Source: a virus (taxonomy: Duplodnaviria > Heunggongvirae > Uroviricota > Caudoviricetes). Taken from it: a stretch of 64,000 nt of DNA. The DNA is taken from IMG/VR virus record IMGVR_UViG_3300028887_000096, positions 19,562 through 83,561 of that record, one strand, 5' to 3'. A program made the translations under genes and the position numbers. Position 1 is the stretch's first letter, and each line of letters begins with the position of its first letter. The notes under the pieces are model-generated. The model was not told the DNA's origin. It did no database searches and was given only the letters and a program-made list of their open reading frames with translations. Shown here piece by piece: positions 1-9,284 of the stretch.

Positions 1-741
1 GAAGGTCGGTCTCCGTCCCTTTTCGCCCTTGGCCGTCTTCTTCATGAGGGTTGACTGGAGTTCCCTGACGCCGCTGATTTCCACGGCGCCGTCGATATAC
101 TGGACATCGACTGCGGACTTGTTCACGCCCGGGAGGTCAACGTAGAAGTGATAGGTGTCGTTCAGGAGGATCATTTCGTAGTACGGTTCCCCGTCTACGA
201 CGCGCACCTGATGCGCTTCGGCAGGCTGTTCTTGCTGCGGGGCGGGTGCCTGCGCCTGTGCCTGCTGTTGCTGCATCTGGGCTGCCTGCGCCTGTTGCTG
301 CTGTGCCATACGCATCTGCTGCTGTTGCATCTGCATCTGCTGGATTTGCTGCGGGGTCATCTGCGGCTGGGGCTGGGCATAGCGCATCTGCTGCGGGGGC
401 ATTGCCGCCTGCTGCGGATATTGCTGGAACCCCTGCTGCTGCGGGTAGCCTTGCTGATACTGCATCTGCATCTGCTGTTGCGGGTAGCCCTGCGGCTGTT
501 GCTGCGGGTAGCCCTGTGGATATTGCATGGGTTGCATAGGTTGCTGCATGTTTGGTCTCCTGGCGTTTACCTGTCCGGGGATTACGAACGTGTCGGCGTA
601 GTCCTGGTTGATGCGAGAGTTTTTGATGGTTTCGTTCCATCCCATACGCGGTCCACTGTTGTCACCGCCGTATGAGACGCCACCAAGCGGCATCCCGGTC
701 AGGCCGTCTACGTCTAGCGTGTCCTGGAAAATTGTAGGCAT
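1..741 (-). CDS. Hsp20/alpha-crystallin-domain protein with long Gln/Pro-rich low-complexity linker (3' part runs off window start)
   Basis: My own translation of the third minus frame (not in the ORF track because it is truncated at the window edge). N-terminal region, then PQQ/QGYPQQ repeats, then YHFYVDLPGVNKSAVDVQYIDGAVEISGV, which matches the sHSP alpha-crystallin domain signature. Codons are GC3-rich. Start is ATG at about 741 or GTG at about 818. Confidence 0.5.
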   Translation of the reverse strand, partial: MPTIFQDTLDVDGLTGMPLGGVSYGGDNSGPRMGWNETIKNSRINQDYADTFVIPGQVNARRPNMQQPMQPMQYPQGYPQQQPQGYPQQQMQMQYQQGYPQQQGFQQYPQQAAMPPQQMRYAQPQPQMTPQQIQQMQMQQQQMRMAQQQQAQAAQMQQQQAQAQAPAPQQEQPAEAHQVRVVDGEPYYEMILLNDTYHFYVDLPGVNKSAVDVQYIDGAVEISGVRELQSTLMKKTAKGEKGRRPTF

Positions 742-850
742 TTCTTCGCTCCCGTGCGCGTCATGGCTGTCCGGCTTCTTGCCGAACCCGAACAGGTTAA
801 GCAATTTGGTGAAAACTGACACATTTGTACCATGAGCGGTTAGTTGGTTT

Positions 851-869
851 GAACGAAAACTAGGTTTTT
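851..869 (-). promoter_or_regulatory. Second motif class CGTAAAAACCTAGTTTTCG (minus orientation)
   Basis: Between the sigma-factor stop and the Hsp20-like gene start. Confidence 0.4.
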
Positions 870-1699
870 ACGATGCCGGTACATTCTTCGAAGAGTTCCT
901 GCAAATTTGCGTTTTTTCGCAGTTTTTCGAGGGCAGCCATCTTGATCGTCCTGATGTGGGCCTTGGAGACCCCCGTGCAGGCCGCGATGTCCTTGGACGT
1001 CATGTCGTAGCCGTTGAAGCCGAAGGACGAACATACCACGCTGAGCTCGCGCTCATCGAGGGTTTCCTTCATCGCGGCGAGCAGGGTTTCCCTGACCGCC
1101 GGGTCCAGGAACGTAGTGTCCACGTCGGCATCCGTCGTGTCGGTGAGTGTGTCCTCTATCGTCACGCTGCCGTCCTCCGTCACCCTGTCGTATGTGGAGC
1201 AGGTGTTGTAGAGCACCGCCTCGGCTTCCTCGCCGAACATGACGCTGCTTGCCGGCTTGCCTTCCTTCTTTGCCTTGATGACGCGCTGGCGCACCTTCGG
1301 CGGGAGGTGTATCGGGTCGGACGTGTCGATGAACTGCTGCATCTGCCAACGGATGTACCATACGGCGTAGCTACCGAACTTCGTCGTCTCGTCGGGGTTG
1401 TATGTGTTGATGGCGGTCATGAGGCCGAGCTTCCCGGCTGCGTAGAAATCCGTCACCGGGAGCTGGTAACGCGCGGCGTAGTCTGTCGCCATGCGGAAAA
1501 CGAATCTCAGGTGGGATTGCATTATGCGGAGCTTGATAGTCTCGCGGTATGAGCGCTTCCTGGTCTTCTTGTATATCCTGAACATTTCGCGCTCGGTGGC
1601 GTCGTCGAGGATTTTGCATGCGTGAAGTTCCGCAAAGATTGTCTTCGGCGTGCCGCCTAGAATGGGCTTTTGCATTGTGCAACCATTCAGTTTTGTCAT
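860..1699 (-). CDS. Sigma-70 family RNA polymerase sigma factor
   Basis: Region 2-like YQLPVTDFYAAGKLGLMTAINTYNP..FGSYAVWYIRWQ and region 4 HTH LSVVCSSFGF..DIAACTGVSKAHIRTIKMAALEKLRK. The ORF track starts at 1732 (TTG). I prefer the ATG at about 1699, which sits directly behind a TTTGTATATTATTCT motif. Confidence 0.75.
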   Translation of the reverse strand: MTKLNGCTMQKPILGGTPKTIFAELHACKILDDATEREMFRIYKKTRKRSYRETIKLRIMQSHLRFVFRMATDYAARYQLPVTDFYAAGKLGLMTAINTYNPDETTKFGSYAVWYIRWQMQQFIDTSDPIHLPPKVRQRVIKAKKEGKPASSVMFGEEAEAVLYNTCSTYDRVTEDGSVTIEDTLTDTTDADVDTTFLDPAVRETLLAAMKETLDERELSVVCSSFGFNGYDMTSKDIAACTGVSKAHIRTIKMAALEKLRKNANLQELFEECTGIVKT

Positions 1700-1716
1700 A
1701 GAATAATATACAAATT
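1700..1716 (-). promoter_or_regulatory. Promoter motif variant TTTGTATATTATTCT immediately upstream of the sigma-factor ATG
   Basis: Member of the TTTG(C/T)TATATT family. Confidence 0.45.
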
Positions 1717-1803
1717 TCAAATATTTTTCCAAAATGCTTGGAATGAATTTTCAAAAAATATATTTTAGTAGCATAATCACTACATAAAACGCGCAGGTGT
1801 AAA

Positions 1804-3144
1804 TTGAGCAAACATGAAACCGCACTATCCGACAAGCGTCTATTGACACTTATCGGGAAACCGACCCCGGGCACTCAATATACAAAGACTGACCTTCCGC
1901 CGGTCGAGAAACTCCTCAAACATTACGGCTATGACAACAACAAGGTATATCCGTATTACGCTGTCTTGAAGAAACTCGGATGGGTGACGGACGCACCTGA
2001 CGCTTTCCGCTCCAACGTGCGCAAGCAATGCAAGCGCCTGAAGGACACCGCGAACGTCGTCGAGACCGAGGGCGAAGACATCCTTTCCAGCATCCACCTC
2101 GCTTCCGAAGGCCAGATTGCGGTCCTCCGCCAGGAACTCGCCAAGAAGCAGAAGGTGCTCGACGAGGCCAAGACGGACAAGTTCATCGCGCAGACGGTCA
2201 TCGAGGCTCTCGAACGCTCAATCAAGACGGTCAAGCCCGCGAACGTCACGATCAATGTCGATAAGCCGGCAAAGAGCAGGCGCGTGAAGGGCAAGTTCTT
2301 CAACATCCTGCCGATTTCCGACGTGCACTACGGCGAAGTGGTGAATGGCGGCACGATTAACGGCATCAACAACTACAACATGGCGATTTCCAAGAAGCGC
2401 CACATGCTGCTCTTCAAGAAGAACTACGAGTTTGCCTCGGTCTATGGCTGCGACGAACTCCACATCTTCATGCTTGGCGACATCTTCTCCGGCAACATCC
2501 ATGCCGAGCTCCGCGAAACGAACGAGACCGTGATTACCGAGTGCGTGACCGACTACTACTCCTTCATCATCGGCCTTATCGACGAATACTCCAAGCTCTA
2601 CAAGAAGATTACGATTTCCTGCGTCGTAGGCAACCATGCCCGCAATACGGAAAAGTTCCAGTTCAAGAACAAGGGTAAGGACTCCTACGAATACATCCTC
2701 TATGCCTTCATGCGCAACTACTACTCGAGCGACCGCTCCCCGAGCAACGTTACCGTCAACCTGACGGAAAGCACGGTGCAGTTCGCCCGCGTCGGCAAGC
2801 AGCTCTGGAAGCTGGAACACGGCGACCGCTACAAGGGCGGTTCCGCGTTCGTGTCCCCGTTCTCCACGGTCGTCCGCGACAATTTCAAGGACAAGGGCAT
2901 GTTCTCCGGCAACGAGGAACAGGACTTCGATGCCGTCATCATGGGCCACTGGCACATCGGTGGCGAGATGGCGCTTTACGGCACGAACACCCCGGTGTAT
3001 CTCAACCCGAGCATCGTTGGCCCAGGCGAATACTCCGTGCATAACTTGCACAGCAGCTACCCGGCATCCAGCTTCGTGTTCGTTACCGACGGCAAGAACG
3101 TCGTCGCCAAGGGGTCGGTTGACCTCATGTGCATCCAGCGATAG
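1804..3144 (+). CDS. Calcineurin-like metallophosphoesterase with unknown N-terminal domain
   Basis: Motifs ISDVHYG, MLGDIFSG, VVGNHARN and GHWH (D-x-H / GD / GNH / GHxH). TTG start per ORF track. A terminator follows. Confidence 0.7.
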   Translation: MSKHETALSDKRLLTLIGKPTPGTQYTKTDLPPVEKLLKHYGYDNNKVYPYYAVLKKLGWVTDAPDAFRSNVRKQCKRLKDTANVVETEGEDILSSIHLASEGQIAVLRQELAKKQKVLDEAKTDKFIAQTVIEALERSIKTVKPANVTINVDKPAKSRRVKGKFFNILPISDVHYGEVVNGGTINGINNYNMAISKKRHMLLFKKNYEFASVYGCDELHIFMLGDIFSGNIHAELRETNETVITECVTDYYSFIIGLIDEYSKLYKKITISCVVGNHARNTEKFQFKNKGKDSYEYILYAFMRNYYSSDRSPSNVTVNLTESTVQFARVGKQLWKLEHGDRYKGGSAFVSPFSTVVRDNFKDKGMFSGNEEQDFDAVIMGHWHIGGEMALYGTNTPVYLNPSIVGPGEYSVHNLHSSYPASSFVFVTDGKNVVAKGSVDLMCIQR

Positions 3145-3159
3145 TATTACGTAGCCATA

Positions 3160-3195
3160 GCAGAACGCCACCCGTAACTGGGTGGCGTTTCTGTT
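3160..3195. terminator. Rho-independent terminator
   Basis: ACGCCACCC-GTAACT-GGGTGGCGT followed by TTCTGTT. Confidence 0.7.
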
Positions 3196-3664
3196 ATCTC
3201 CTGCGGGGCGGAGGAGGTTGTCTCGGGGGCTTGGGTCCGCAGCAGCAACGCGGCGGGACGGGCGCCTGCCTCGGCATGCACCCGCACAGCGGACCGGGCA
3301 TCCAGCCCTTCGGGAGCCACCAGTAGGGGACAGTCGGCCACGGACGGGGTGTCCACGGGCCCCAGGCATGACCCCACCAGAACGGCACCGGGTCTCCGGG
3401 ACGGTGGTTCCAGAAATCGGGGTAGAGGTGGGAAGGCACGTATTCCCACGGGCCCGCCTGCGGTTCACGGGGTTGGCACGGGCCACTCGGCTTCGGCTGC
3501 ATCGGTATGAACAGCGGTCCCTTGGGGATCATGTGGAGGTACGATATGCACGGACGCGTAATCGGAGAAAACGGGTCAGCATATCCCCTTAGCATAGCAT
3601 GATGTCTGCACGGTTCGCACATGTTAGGTCCTTTCACCTCTATCGTATAGAGTTTACAAAACAC
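3194..3664 (-). CDS. Possible small Pro/Trp/Cys-rich protein (uncertain)
   Basis: Only open frame in a 550-bp GC-rich gap. Contains 10 Trp and many Pro (FWWGHAWGPWTPRPWPTVPYWWLPKGW) and a CGC..CCCG tail. No promoter motif upstream. GTG start, or ATG at MCEPC. Confidence 0.3.
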   Translation of the reverse strand: MFCKLYTIEVKGPNMCEPCRHHAMLRGYADPFSPITRPCISYLHMIPKGPLFIPMQPKPSGPCQPREPQAGPWEYVPSHLYPDFWNHRPGDPVPFWWGHAWGPWTPRPWPTVPYWWLPKGWMPGPLCGCMPRQAPVPPRCCCGPKPPRQPPPPRRR

Positions 3665-3672
3665 GTTTCCGA

Positions 3673-3688
3673 TTTTTTGCTATATTTC
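3673..3688 (+). promoter_or_regulatory. Extended -10-like promoter motif TTTTTTGCTATATTTC
   Basis: Ends about 7 nt before the rtcB ATG. Confidence 0.6.
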
Positions 3689-3695
3689 TTGCATT

Positions 3696-4901
3696 ATGAT
3701 AGAAATTCCGGGAAAATACTGTACGGCGAAGGTCTATACCGACAATGTCGAGGAGGCCGCGCTTAAACAGATAATGAACTTGATGAACCAGCCGTTTGCG
3801 GCGGGTTCCAACTGCGCAATCATGCCCGACTGCCACGCGGGCGTGGGTTGCGTTATCGGCCTCACAGCAAAGATTACCGACAAGGTGGTCCCGAACCTGG
3901 TGGGGGTGGATATCGGGTGTTCTATGCTTGTCCTCAAAGTGGACAAGTCGTTCGCGTTCGACCTGAAGCAGGTGGACAAGATTTGGCACCGCGACATCCC
4001 GTCCGGCATGAACCACCGCAAGTCCAAGCACAAGTATGCCGACAAGGCTGACCTCGAAAACATGATAGCCCCGGTGAACGTGGACAAGCTGAAACTGTCC
4101 ATCGGGACACTCGGCGGGGGCAACCACTTCGGCGAAATCAACGTAGATGATGCGGGCAACCATTACATCGTCATCCACTCCGGTTCCCGGCACCTCGGCA
4201 TCGAGGTATGCCGCTATTACCAGGACCTCGCTATCAAGTATCACCGCAACGACCGTGCGGCGATGCAGGATGCCATCAAGCAGCTGAAGAAGGCTGGCCG
4301 CGAGCGCGAAATCGAGGAAACCTTGCAGAAGATGAACGCGGACCGTCCGGCAATCCCGAACGAGCTCGCCTATCTCGAAGGCGCCCTCATGGAAGACTAC
4401 CTGCATGACATGAAGATTGCGCAGGAGTTTGCCATCTGGAACCGCGAGGCAATGATGGACGTGTTGGTTGACGGCCTGGGTATCAAGCCAAGGTATGTGC
4501 TGGATAAGTGGTGTACCATGCACAATTACGTTGACTTGGAACATAGAATTTTGCGCAAGGGAGCAATCTCATTGCAGAAAGATGAGATTGCACTAATTCC
4601 GATGAACATGAGGGATGGTTCCCTTATCGTCCGCGGCAAGGGCAACTCCGACTGGAACTGTTCCGGTCCGCACGGTGCCGGCCGTCTCATGTCCCGTTCC
4701 AAGGCCAAGGAGACGCTCAGGATGGAAGACTTCAAGGCTTCCATGGAAGGCATTTATACGACCTGCGTTTCGACCGGGACGATTGACGAGAGCCCGATGG
4801 CCTACAAGCCGTTCGACGAAATCATGCGCAACATCGAGCCGACCGCCGACATCGTCGAGCGCATCCGCCCGATCTACAACTTCAAGGCGTCGGAGGGATA
4901 A
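3696..4901 (+). CDS. rtcB: RNA-splicing ligase RtcB
   Basis: PDCHAGVGCVIG, GGGNHFGE, HSGSRHLG, HNY and GPHGAGR motifs typical of RtcB. The promoter motif ends 7 nt before the ATG. Confidence 0.85.
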   Translation: MIEIPGKYCTAKVYTDNVEEAALKQIMNLMNQPFAAGSNCAIMPDCHAGVGCVIGLTAKITDKVVPNLVGVDIGCSMLVLKVDKSFAFDLKQVDKIWHRDIPSGMNHRKSKHKYADKADLENMIAPVNVDKLKLSIGTLGGGNHFGEINVDDAGNHYIVIHSGSRHLGIEVCRYYQDLAIKYHRNDRAAMQDAIKQLKKAGREREIEETLQKMNADRPAIPNELAYLEGALMEDYLHDMKIAQEFAIWNREAMMDVLVDGLGIKPRYVLDKWCTMHNYVDLEHRILRKGAISLQKDEIALIPMNMRDGSLIVRGKGNSDWNCSGPHGAGRLMSRSKAKETLRMEDFKASMEGIYTTCVSTGTIDESPMAYKPFDEIMRNIEPTADIVERIRPIYNFKASEG

Positions 4902-5354
4902 ATGCCGAGGGCCAAGAAACCGAAGGAAAGTTTCGAGATTGTCCTGTTCAACAGCAAGCCCACCGAGGGCGGTCATTTCTATGACCTCGAGACGCTGCAA
5001 CGTATCGCCGACGACATCAACGCCGGCAAGGGGCTTGCGTTGGAGGAAATCGACCCGATTGCGCGGCAGGTCGAGGGGATTTCCGAAACCGAGGTCTGGA
5101 AGGAACGCATCATGGCCGATGCGGTGTCCTGCCGTCTCGAAGATGGCGTCTTGTGGGTCACGTTCGAGATACGCACCACCAAGTATGGGAAGCGCTTCAA
5201 GGCCGCGCTGGACACGCATGGCATCCGCGGCCTTTATTTCTTTCCCGTCGGCTATACACGCGAGCCGCTCGGTGAGAAGGGCGTAATCAAGAACTACTGC
5301 CTGTGCTACGTTTCGTTCGAGCCCCGGAACGCAATCAAGTTACCCAATTCGTAA
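4902..5354 (+). CDS. Hypothetical protein, translationally coupled to rtcB (TAAATG)
   Basis: Protein-like composition and GC3 codons. No archease signature seen. Confidence 0.6.
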   Translation: MPRAKKPKESFEIVLFNSKPTEGGHFYDLETLQRIADDINAGKGLALEEIDPIARQVEGISETEVWKERIMADAVSCRLEDGVLWVTFEIRTTKYGKRFKAALDTHGIRGLYFFPVGYTREPLGEKGVIKNYCLCYVSFEPRNAIKLPNS

Positions 5355-5380
5355 ATTTTCATTAACAAAAGGATCAAAAC

Positions 5381-5938
5381 ATGGAAGAAACAGAAAAATC
5401 CCTCGCTGCGTTGATCGTTACGCTCAAGTCCAGCAGCGGCGTGTCCATCAAGGACACTACCCTCACGAAGTTCAACTTCAAGGTAAACGGTTCCAGCGAC
5501 GCGAAGGAACTCGCCAAGGTGCTTGAAAACAAGTTCGGTGTCGAGGATGCCTACTCGATGGTGACATCCCGCTGCCAGTTCAAGCCGGCCAAGCTCCCTC
5601 TCGAAGACTATAAGATTTACCTTGACGTCACGTTCGGGACCGAGCTCGAAACTGTCGCCACGTTCAGCGCACAGCTTCGCAGCGTGAGCTTCCGCCACAC
5701 GGTCAAGGATGTCGGCGATGGCGTGGAAGATACCGTTGACGCCACGATGGAACTCTTGAAGAACGAAGACGGCGTGGAAGACAGCAAGGTCCGCCACTTC
5801 CTCAACTTCAAGGAAACCAACCCGCAGACCGGCAAGAAGATCCTCGTCCCGATGAAGTTCGAGTTCTGGAAGCGCGACAGCAATCCGATCGTCTATACCG
5901 AAATCGCGGAAGTGGCGCCCGAAGACGAAAGCCTCTAA
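5381..5938 (+). CDS. Hypothetical protein
   Basis: K/E/D-rich, GC3 codons. The opposite-strand ORF 5306..5950 is rejected. Confidence 0.65.
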   Translation: MEETEKSLAALIVTLKSSSGVSIKDTTLTKFNFKVNGSSDAKELAKVLENKFGVEDAYSMVTSRCQFKPAKLPLEDYKIYLDVTFGTELETVATFSAQLRSVSFRHTVKDVGDGVEDTVDATMELLKNEDGVEDSKVRHFLNFKETNPQTGKKILVPMKFEFWKRDSNPIVYTEIAEVAPEDESL

Positions 5939-5976
5939 GGATTTCATCATGCTACGGCCCGGCAGGCGACTGCCGG

Positions 5977-5991
5977 GTTTTGCTATATTTC
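5977..5991 (+). promoter_or_regulatory. Promoter motif TTTTGCTATATTTC
   Basis: 42 nt upstream of the 6033 ATG. Confidence 0.55.
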
Positions 5992-6032
5992 AATGTGCGG
6001 CACATAGTCGCACATTATTTTTATAGGTATTT

Positions 6033-7937
6033 ATGGACTACAAGAGAATATATGACATCTTCGTTGCCGACAGAAAGGCACACCCGACTACGGAACTGTA
6101 TTCCAGCCTCCACCACATCATCCCGCTCGGGGACGGTGGCAAGGACTGCGAGGAGAACCTGGTTCGCCTTTCCATCCGCGACCACCAGTTCGCCCACAAA
6201 CTGATTGACCGCTTTACCGGGCGCAAGGCATGTCCCGAGTTCACCAGGTTTACTTCAAAGCGTCAGATTGCCGCAATGCAGAAGAACGGCATCGACCCGA
6301 AACGCGCAAAGCGTGCCAAGGCCGGTGTCGGAAAGTTCCGCCTGTGGCTGAATGATACGGCCAAGACCCTTGCCGATGACTTTTCCCAGCAGATCTGCGA
6401 AAGGGCCGCTGAGGCTAACCCGGGAATGTCCGTGGTTCCGTTCATTACCAAGCAGTCCTTCCCGATCTGGCTGTCCGCGCTTAACGGGCTGAGCAAGCAC
6501 TTCGTCGTCAGTACCCAGAGCGACGAAAACCAGGCGGTCGGCCCGGGCATCAAGATGAGGGCGGGCGAAGTCATCCATCTCGGGATGGAGAGCGAAATCG
6601 AGCTCGTGGTGAAGAATGTCGGGGAATATCTCAAAGGCAACCTCATGATGGCGATTACCGACGGCGTGGCCCGCGCATACGCATTTACCCGCGCCACCGA
6701 GAAGGACCGGGAAATGTTCATCAACACGGCCACCCGCATGATGCGCATTACCCTCGGCCAGCTGAAGGCCACTTACCGCGTAATCGAAATCCGCCATGTG
6801 TATGAAGTCGCCGACCGCTATGTCACCCGAGTGGTGAATGCCGCAATCATCGACCGCGGGGTGACCGAGTATATCGACATGCTCACCCATCCGGTCCTGA
6901 CGGAAAATGTTGATAAGGTGTTCGGAATGTTGGCAACCCTTGCTGACGAGGCTCCCGTCGATCCGGTCCTCGGTAACACGATGCACCTTATCGTAAAATA
7001 CGCGCTCGACAAGTATGTTGACCCGGGCTATTCGATGTCCGGCGACCTGCGCAAGGGCATCGTCTATTGCGCATGCAACGACCTTGCGAGAAAACTCGCA
7101 ACGAAAAAAGACGTACTCGCCACGCATGACCTGAATAAGCTCACGTTCCACGCATGGCGTGAGGTGTTCGGTGTCCTGTTCGGCAGCATCGCCGACGCAG
7201 AAAAGTCCGCGCCCGGCGTCCCGGACTTGCAGGCGGCATATCGCACCTGCACCGACGAAGGTCTCCATGACGACATCATGGCCGGCCTCCCGGTCGCCAA
7301 TGAGCGTATTACCGCATGTCTCGTCGGGATGGTGGCTGCGAAGCTGCGCCCGCATGTGGATGACGGGATGCTTACCCAGGAAGAGTTTGACTTTGCAATC
7401 GAACCGCGCAGGGTAATGTCTGTCGTCATGCCGGAACTGCAGACCTACACGAAGACGCTGAAAGATGCCAAGACCAGGCTCCCGCTTGACCAGTTTGCCA
7501 AGAAGTGCCTGTTCGGGTATGCAACGTCATATTCCCGCAAGATTATCCTCTACATGCTCGGCAAGGATGTGACCGAGGAGACCTATGGCCGCATTGCCGG
7601 TCTTGACGAGAAGTATATCACTGCCACGTTTACGGCGAAGTGCCGTCTCAATGTCGGCATGGTCACTGCAGCCGTCGAGCCCGGGGCATGTTTCCAGCTT
7701 CCGGTCCCGTTCCATGCGATGATCAAGAAGGCAATCGACGACATTAGCATGTTTACTCAGATTTCTAAGGCCAAGGCCATGCTTCTCAAATCGGAAATCT
7801 CCGCGGAACTCGGTAAGCGTATCATGGAAGACGTTTCCCTCCGTCGCCCGACGAGCGTCCAGTTCAACAATGTCTTTAAAGAAATCCGCCTGATTACCGC
7901 CGAGCATGTCCAGAAGGTTCTCGGGGGTGACAAATGA
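6033..7937 (+). CDS. Large protein with N-terminal HNH nuclease motif
   Basis: HHIIPLGDGGKDCEENLVRLSIRDHQFAH near the N-terminus, followed by an unknown domain of about 550 aa. Promoter motif 42 nt upstream. Confidence 0.7.
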   Translation: MDYKRIYDIFVADRKAHPTTELYSSLHHIIPLGDGGKDCEENLVRLSIRDHQFAHKLIDRFTGRKACPEFTRFTSKRQIAAMQKNGIDPKRAKRAKAGVGKFRLWLNDTAKTLADDFSQQICERAAEANPGMSVVPFITKQSFPIWLSALNGLSKHFVVSTQSDENQAVGPGIKMRAGEVIHLGMESEIELVVKNVGEYLKGNLMMAITDGVARAYAFTRATEKDREMFINTATRMMRITLGQLKATYRVIEIRHVYEVADRYVTRVVNAAIIDRGVTEYIDMLTHPVLTENVDKVFGMLATLADEAPVDPVLGNTMHLIVKYALDKYVDPGYSMSGDLRKGIVYCACNDLARKLATKKDVLATHDLNKLTFHAWREVFGVLFGSIADAEKSAPGVPDLQAAYRTCTDEGLHDDIMAGLPVANERITACLVGMVAAKLRPHVDDGMLTQEEFDFAIEPRRVMSVVMPELQTYTKTLKDAKTRLPLDQFAKKCLFGYATSYSRKIILYMLGKDVTEETYGRIAGLDEKYITATFTAKCRLNVGMVTAAVEPGACFQLPVPFHAMIKKAIDDISMFTQISKAKAMLLKSEISAELGKRIMEDVSLRRPTSVQFNNVFKEIRLITAEHVQKVLGGDK

Positions 7938-8479
7938 CGCTTTCCGAGCGATATATAAGCGAGAAGTATGGCGCCGGTGCGCTTGCGGACTTCCAGAAGT
8001 TCGTTGCCGAGGAAAAGGCAAAGAACCAGAAGGCCAGGAGGCAGCAGCGGCTGGCCACGCGCAATCCGCATGTCCTCTTGCTGCAGGTCCGGCTGGATTA
8101 CGATTGCTATGACGGCGAAGGCGATGAGCATAGCTATTATGACGAGCGTAGCGTCGCGAGTTACCTGGATGATGCGCTTGGCCTGAACATTATCGAGGCC
8201 ACTGACGATACGGACGAGGACGAAAAGTTTTTCCGCATCGAGCAGGCAGCGAAATACTTGTCGAAATGCCGCGGTGTGCAGTATACGGACGATGACATTA
8301 TCGAGCGCATCATCAGGGTCATCCGGTATGGCAGCGAACGCGCCAACGAGGAAATGGCCCGTGGCGCGGTTTCCCGTGACTATCGGGGGATAAGTAACAA
8401 GGATCTATATCCGAACGAGTTCATGGAACACTATTTCAGGGGATGCCGTTACAGGGTGTCCGATTACAGGAGGTTCTAG
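7934..8479 (+). CDS. Hypothetical acidic protein
   Basis: ATGA overlap with the upstream gene. Protein-like composition. Confidence 0.6.
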   Translation: MTLSERYISEKYGAGALADFQKFVAEEKAKNQKARRQQRLATRNPHVLLLQVRLDYDCYDGEGDEHSYYDERSVASYLDDALGLNIIEATDDTDEDEKFFRIEQAAKYLSKCRGVQYTDDDIIERIIRVIRYGSERANEEMARGAVSRDYRGISNKDLYPNEFMEHYFRGCRYRVSDYRRF

Positions 8480-8480
8480 T

Positions 8481-8858
8481 ATGGATTGGGAAATTACCGG
8501 CTATGACAGGTTCTGTGGGGAGATTTCCAGCCCGCCGATCGGCGATGGCGCTGAACCGCAGAAGACCCCGCACGAGATAATCTCGGAAACGTTCATGTTC
8601 TACGGGGAAATGAACCCGGCGAAGATGAACGGTTTCTGCCGTGACCGCATGCGCACGGTATGTTTCAATTCGTTGCGGGCCGCACTCGGACTGTCCCCCA
8701 GCATCCAGGGCGACCTTGTCATATCGAAGCTGGTCGGCGCCTTCTACGGCCATTACGGCAGCGTGTCGGACTTCGACATGATCGTGTCGCTCTATGACAT
8801 GCCGCTGAAAAAGACCGTCGAATACATCAACGGCCTTGATCCCACTAAGGTAATGTAG
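8481..8858 (+). CDS. Hypothetical protein
   Basis: ORF ends 1 nt before the tRNA array. Confidence 0.6.
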   Translation: MDWEITGYDRFCGEISSPPIGDGAEPQKTPHEIISETFMFYGEMNPAKMNGFCRDRMRTVCFNSLRAALGLSPSIQGDLVISKLVGAFYGHYGSVSDFDMIVSLYDMPLKKTVEYINGLDPTKVM

Positions 8859-8932
8859 AGCACTCGGAAGGGCTCGAACCTTCGCATGGGGGCTTTGCAG
8901 GCCCCTGCCTTGACCAACTTGGCTACGAGTGC
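8859..8932 (-). tRNA. tRNA-Cys(GCA)
   Basis: Cloverleaf by eye. Acceptor GCACTCG/CGAGTGC, anticodon loop CTGCAAA, T-arm GGTTCGAGCCC. Confidence 0.75.
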
Positions 8933-8943
8933 ATAAGATGTAG

Positions 8944-9025
8944 TCCCTTCGGGGAGAATCGAACTCCCACGCCTTTCAGCACAAGGGTTTGAACCGAGCG
9001 CGTCTACCAGTTCCGCCACGAAGGG
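8944..9025 (-). tRNA. Class II tRNA, Leu(CAA)-like with imperfect anticodon stem (possible pseudo-tRNA)
   Basis: Acceptor CCCTTCG/CGAAGGG, T-arm GGGAGTTCGATTCTCCC, loop TTCAAAC, but 2 mismatches in the anticodon stem. Confidence 0.5.
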
Positions 9026-9028
9026 GTA

Positions 9029-9099
9029 TTGGGCGGTGACGGCTCGAACGTCATCCGAGGGGTTCAAAGCCCCTAGTGCTACCATTACACCACGGCCCA
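9029..9099 (-). tRNA. tRNA-Gln(TTG)
   Basis: Anticodon arm AGGGG-CTTTGAA-CCCCT, T-arm TGACGTTCGAGCCGTCA. Confidence 0.7.
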
Positions 9100-9109
9100 A
9101 AAATTTTAG

Positions 9110-9193
9110 TCGGCAGGGCGGGACTCGAACCCGCACGTCCTTTCGGACACCGCATCCTGAGTGCGGCGCGGCTACCAATTACGCCACCTGCCG
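9110..9193 (-). tRNA. tRNA-Leu(CAG)
   Basis: Class II. Loop CTCAGGA, variable arm TGTCCGAAAGGACG, T-arm GCGGGTTCGAGTCCCGC. Confidence 0.8.
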
Positions 9194-9198
9194 ATTAG

Positions 9199-9280
9199 TC
9201 GGCCATGAGGGCATCGAACCCACACGTCTTGCGACAGACGATCTTAAATCGTCCGCGTCTGCCAATTCCGCCAATAGCCG
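9199..9280 (-). tRNA. tRNA-Leu(TAA)
   Basis: Class II. Anticodon arm GACGA-TTTAAGA-TCGTC. Confidence 0.7.
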
Positions 9281-9284
9281 ATTA

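Noticed and set aside
137-675. ORFs 137..640(-), 148..675(+) and 246..539(+) in the CAG/CTG repeat tract
   Set aside because: All are low-complexity translations of the repeat. Only the third minus frame connects to a recognisable (Hsp20) domain.
2218-3486. 422-aa minus-strand ORF overlapping the phosphoesterase gene
   Set aside because: Arg/Ala/Gly-rich product typical of a GC3-driven antisense shadow ORF. The plus-strand gene has clear catalytic motifs.
6255-7355. 366-aa minus-strand ORF inside the HNH-domain gene
   Set aside because: Low-complexity Arg/Gly/His-rich translation. It sits opposite a well-formed coding frame.
8944-9025. Opal-suppressor or selenocysteine tRNA interpretation of the irregular class II tRNA
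   Set aside because: The only 7-nt loop placement with U33 gives anticodon CAA. No TCA anticodon can be placed in a canonical loop.
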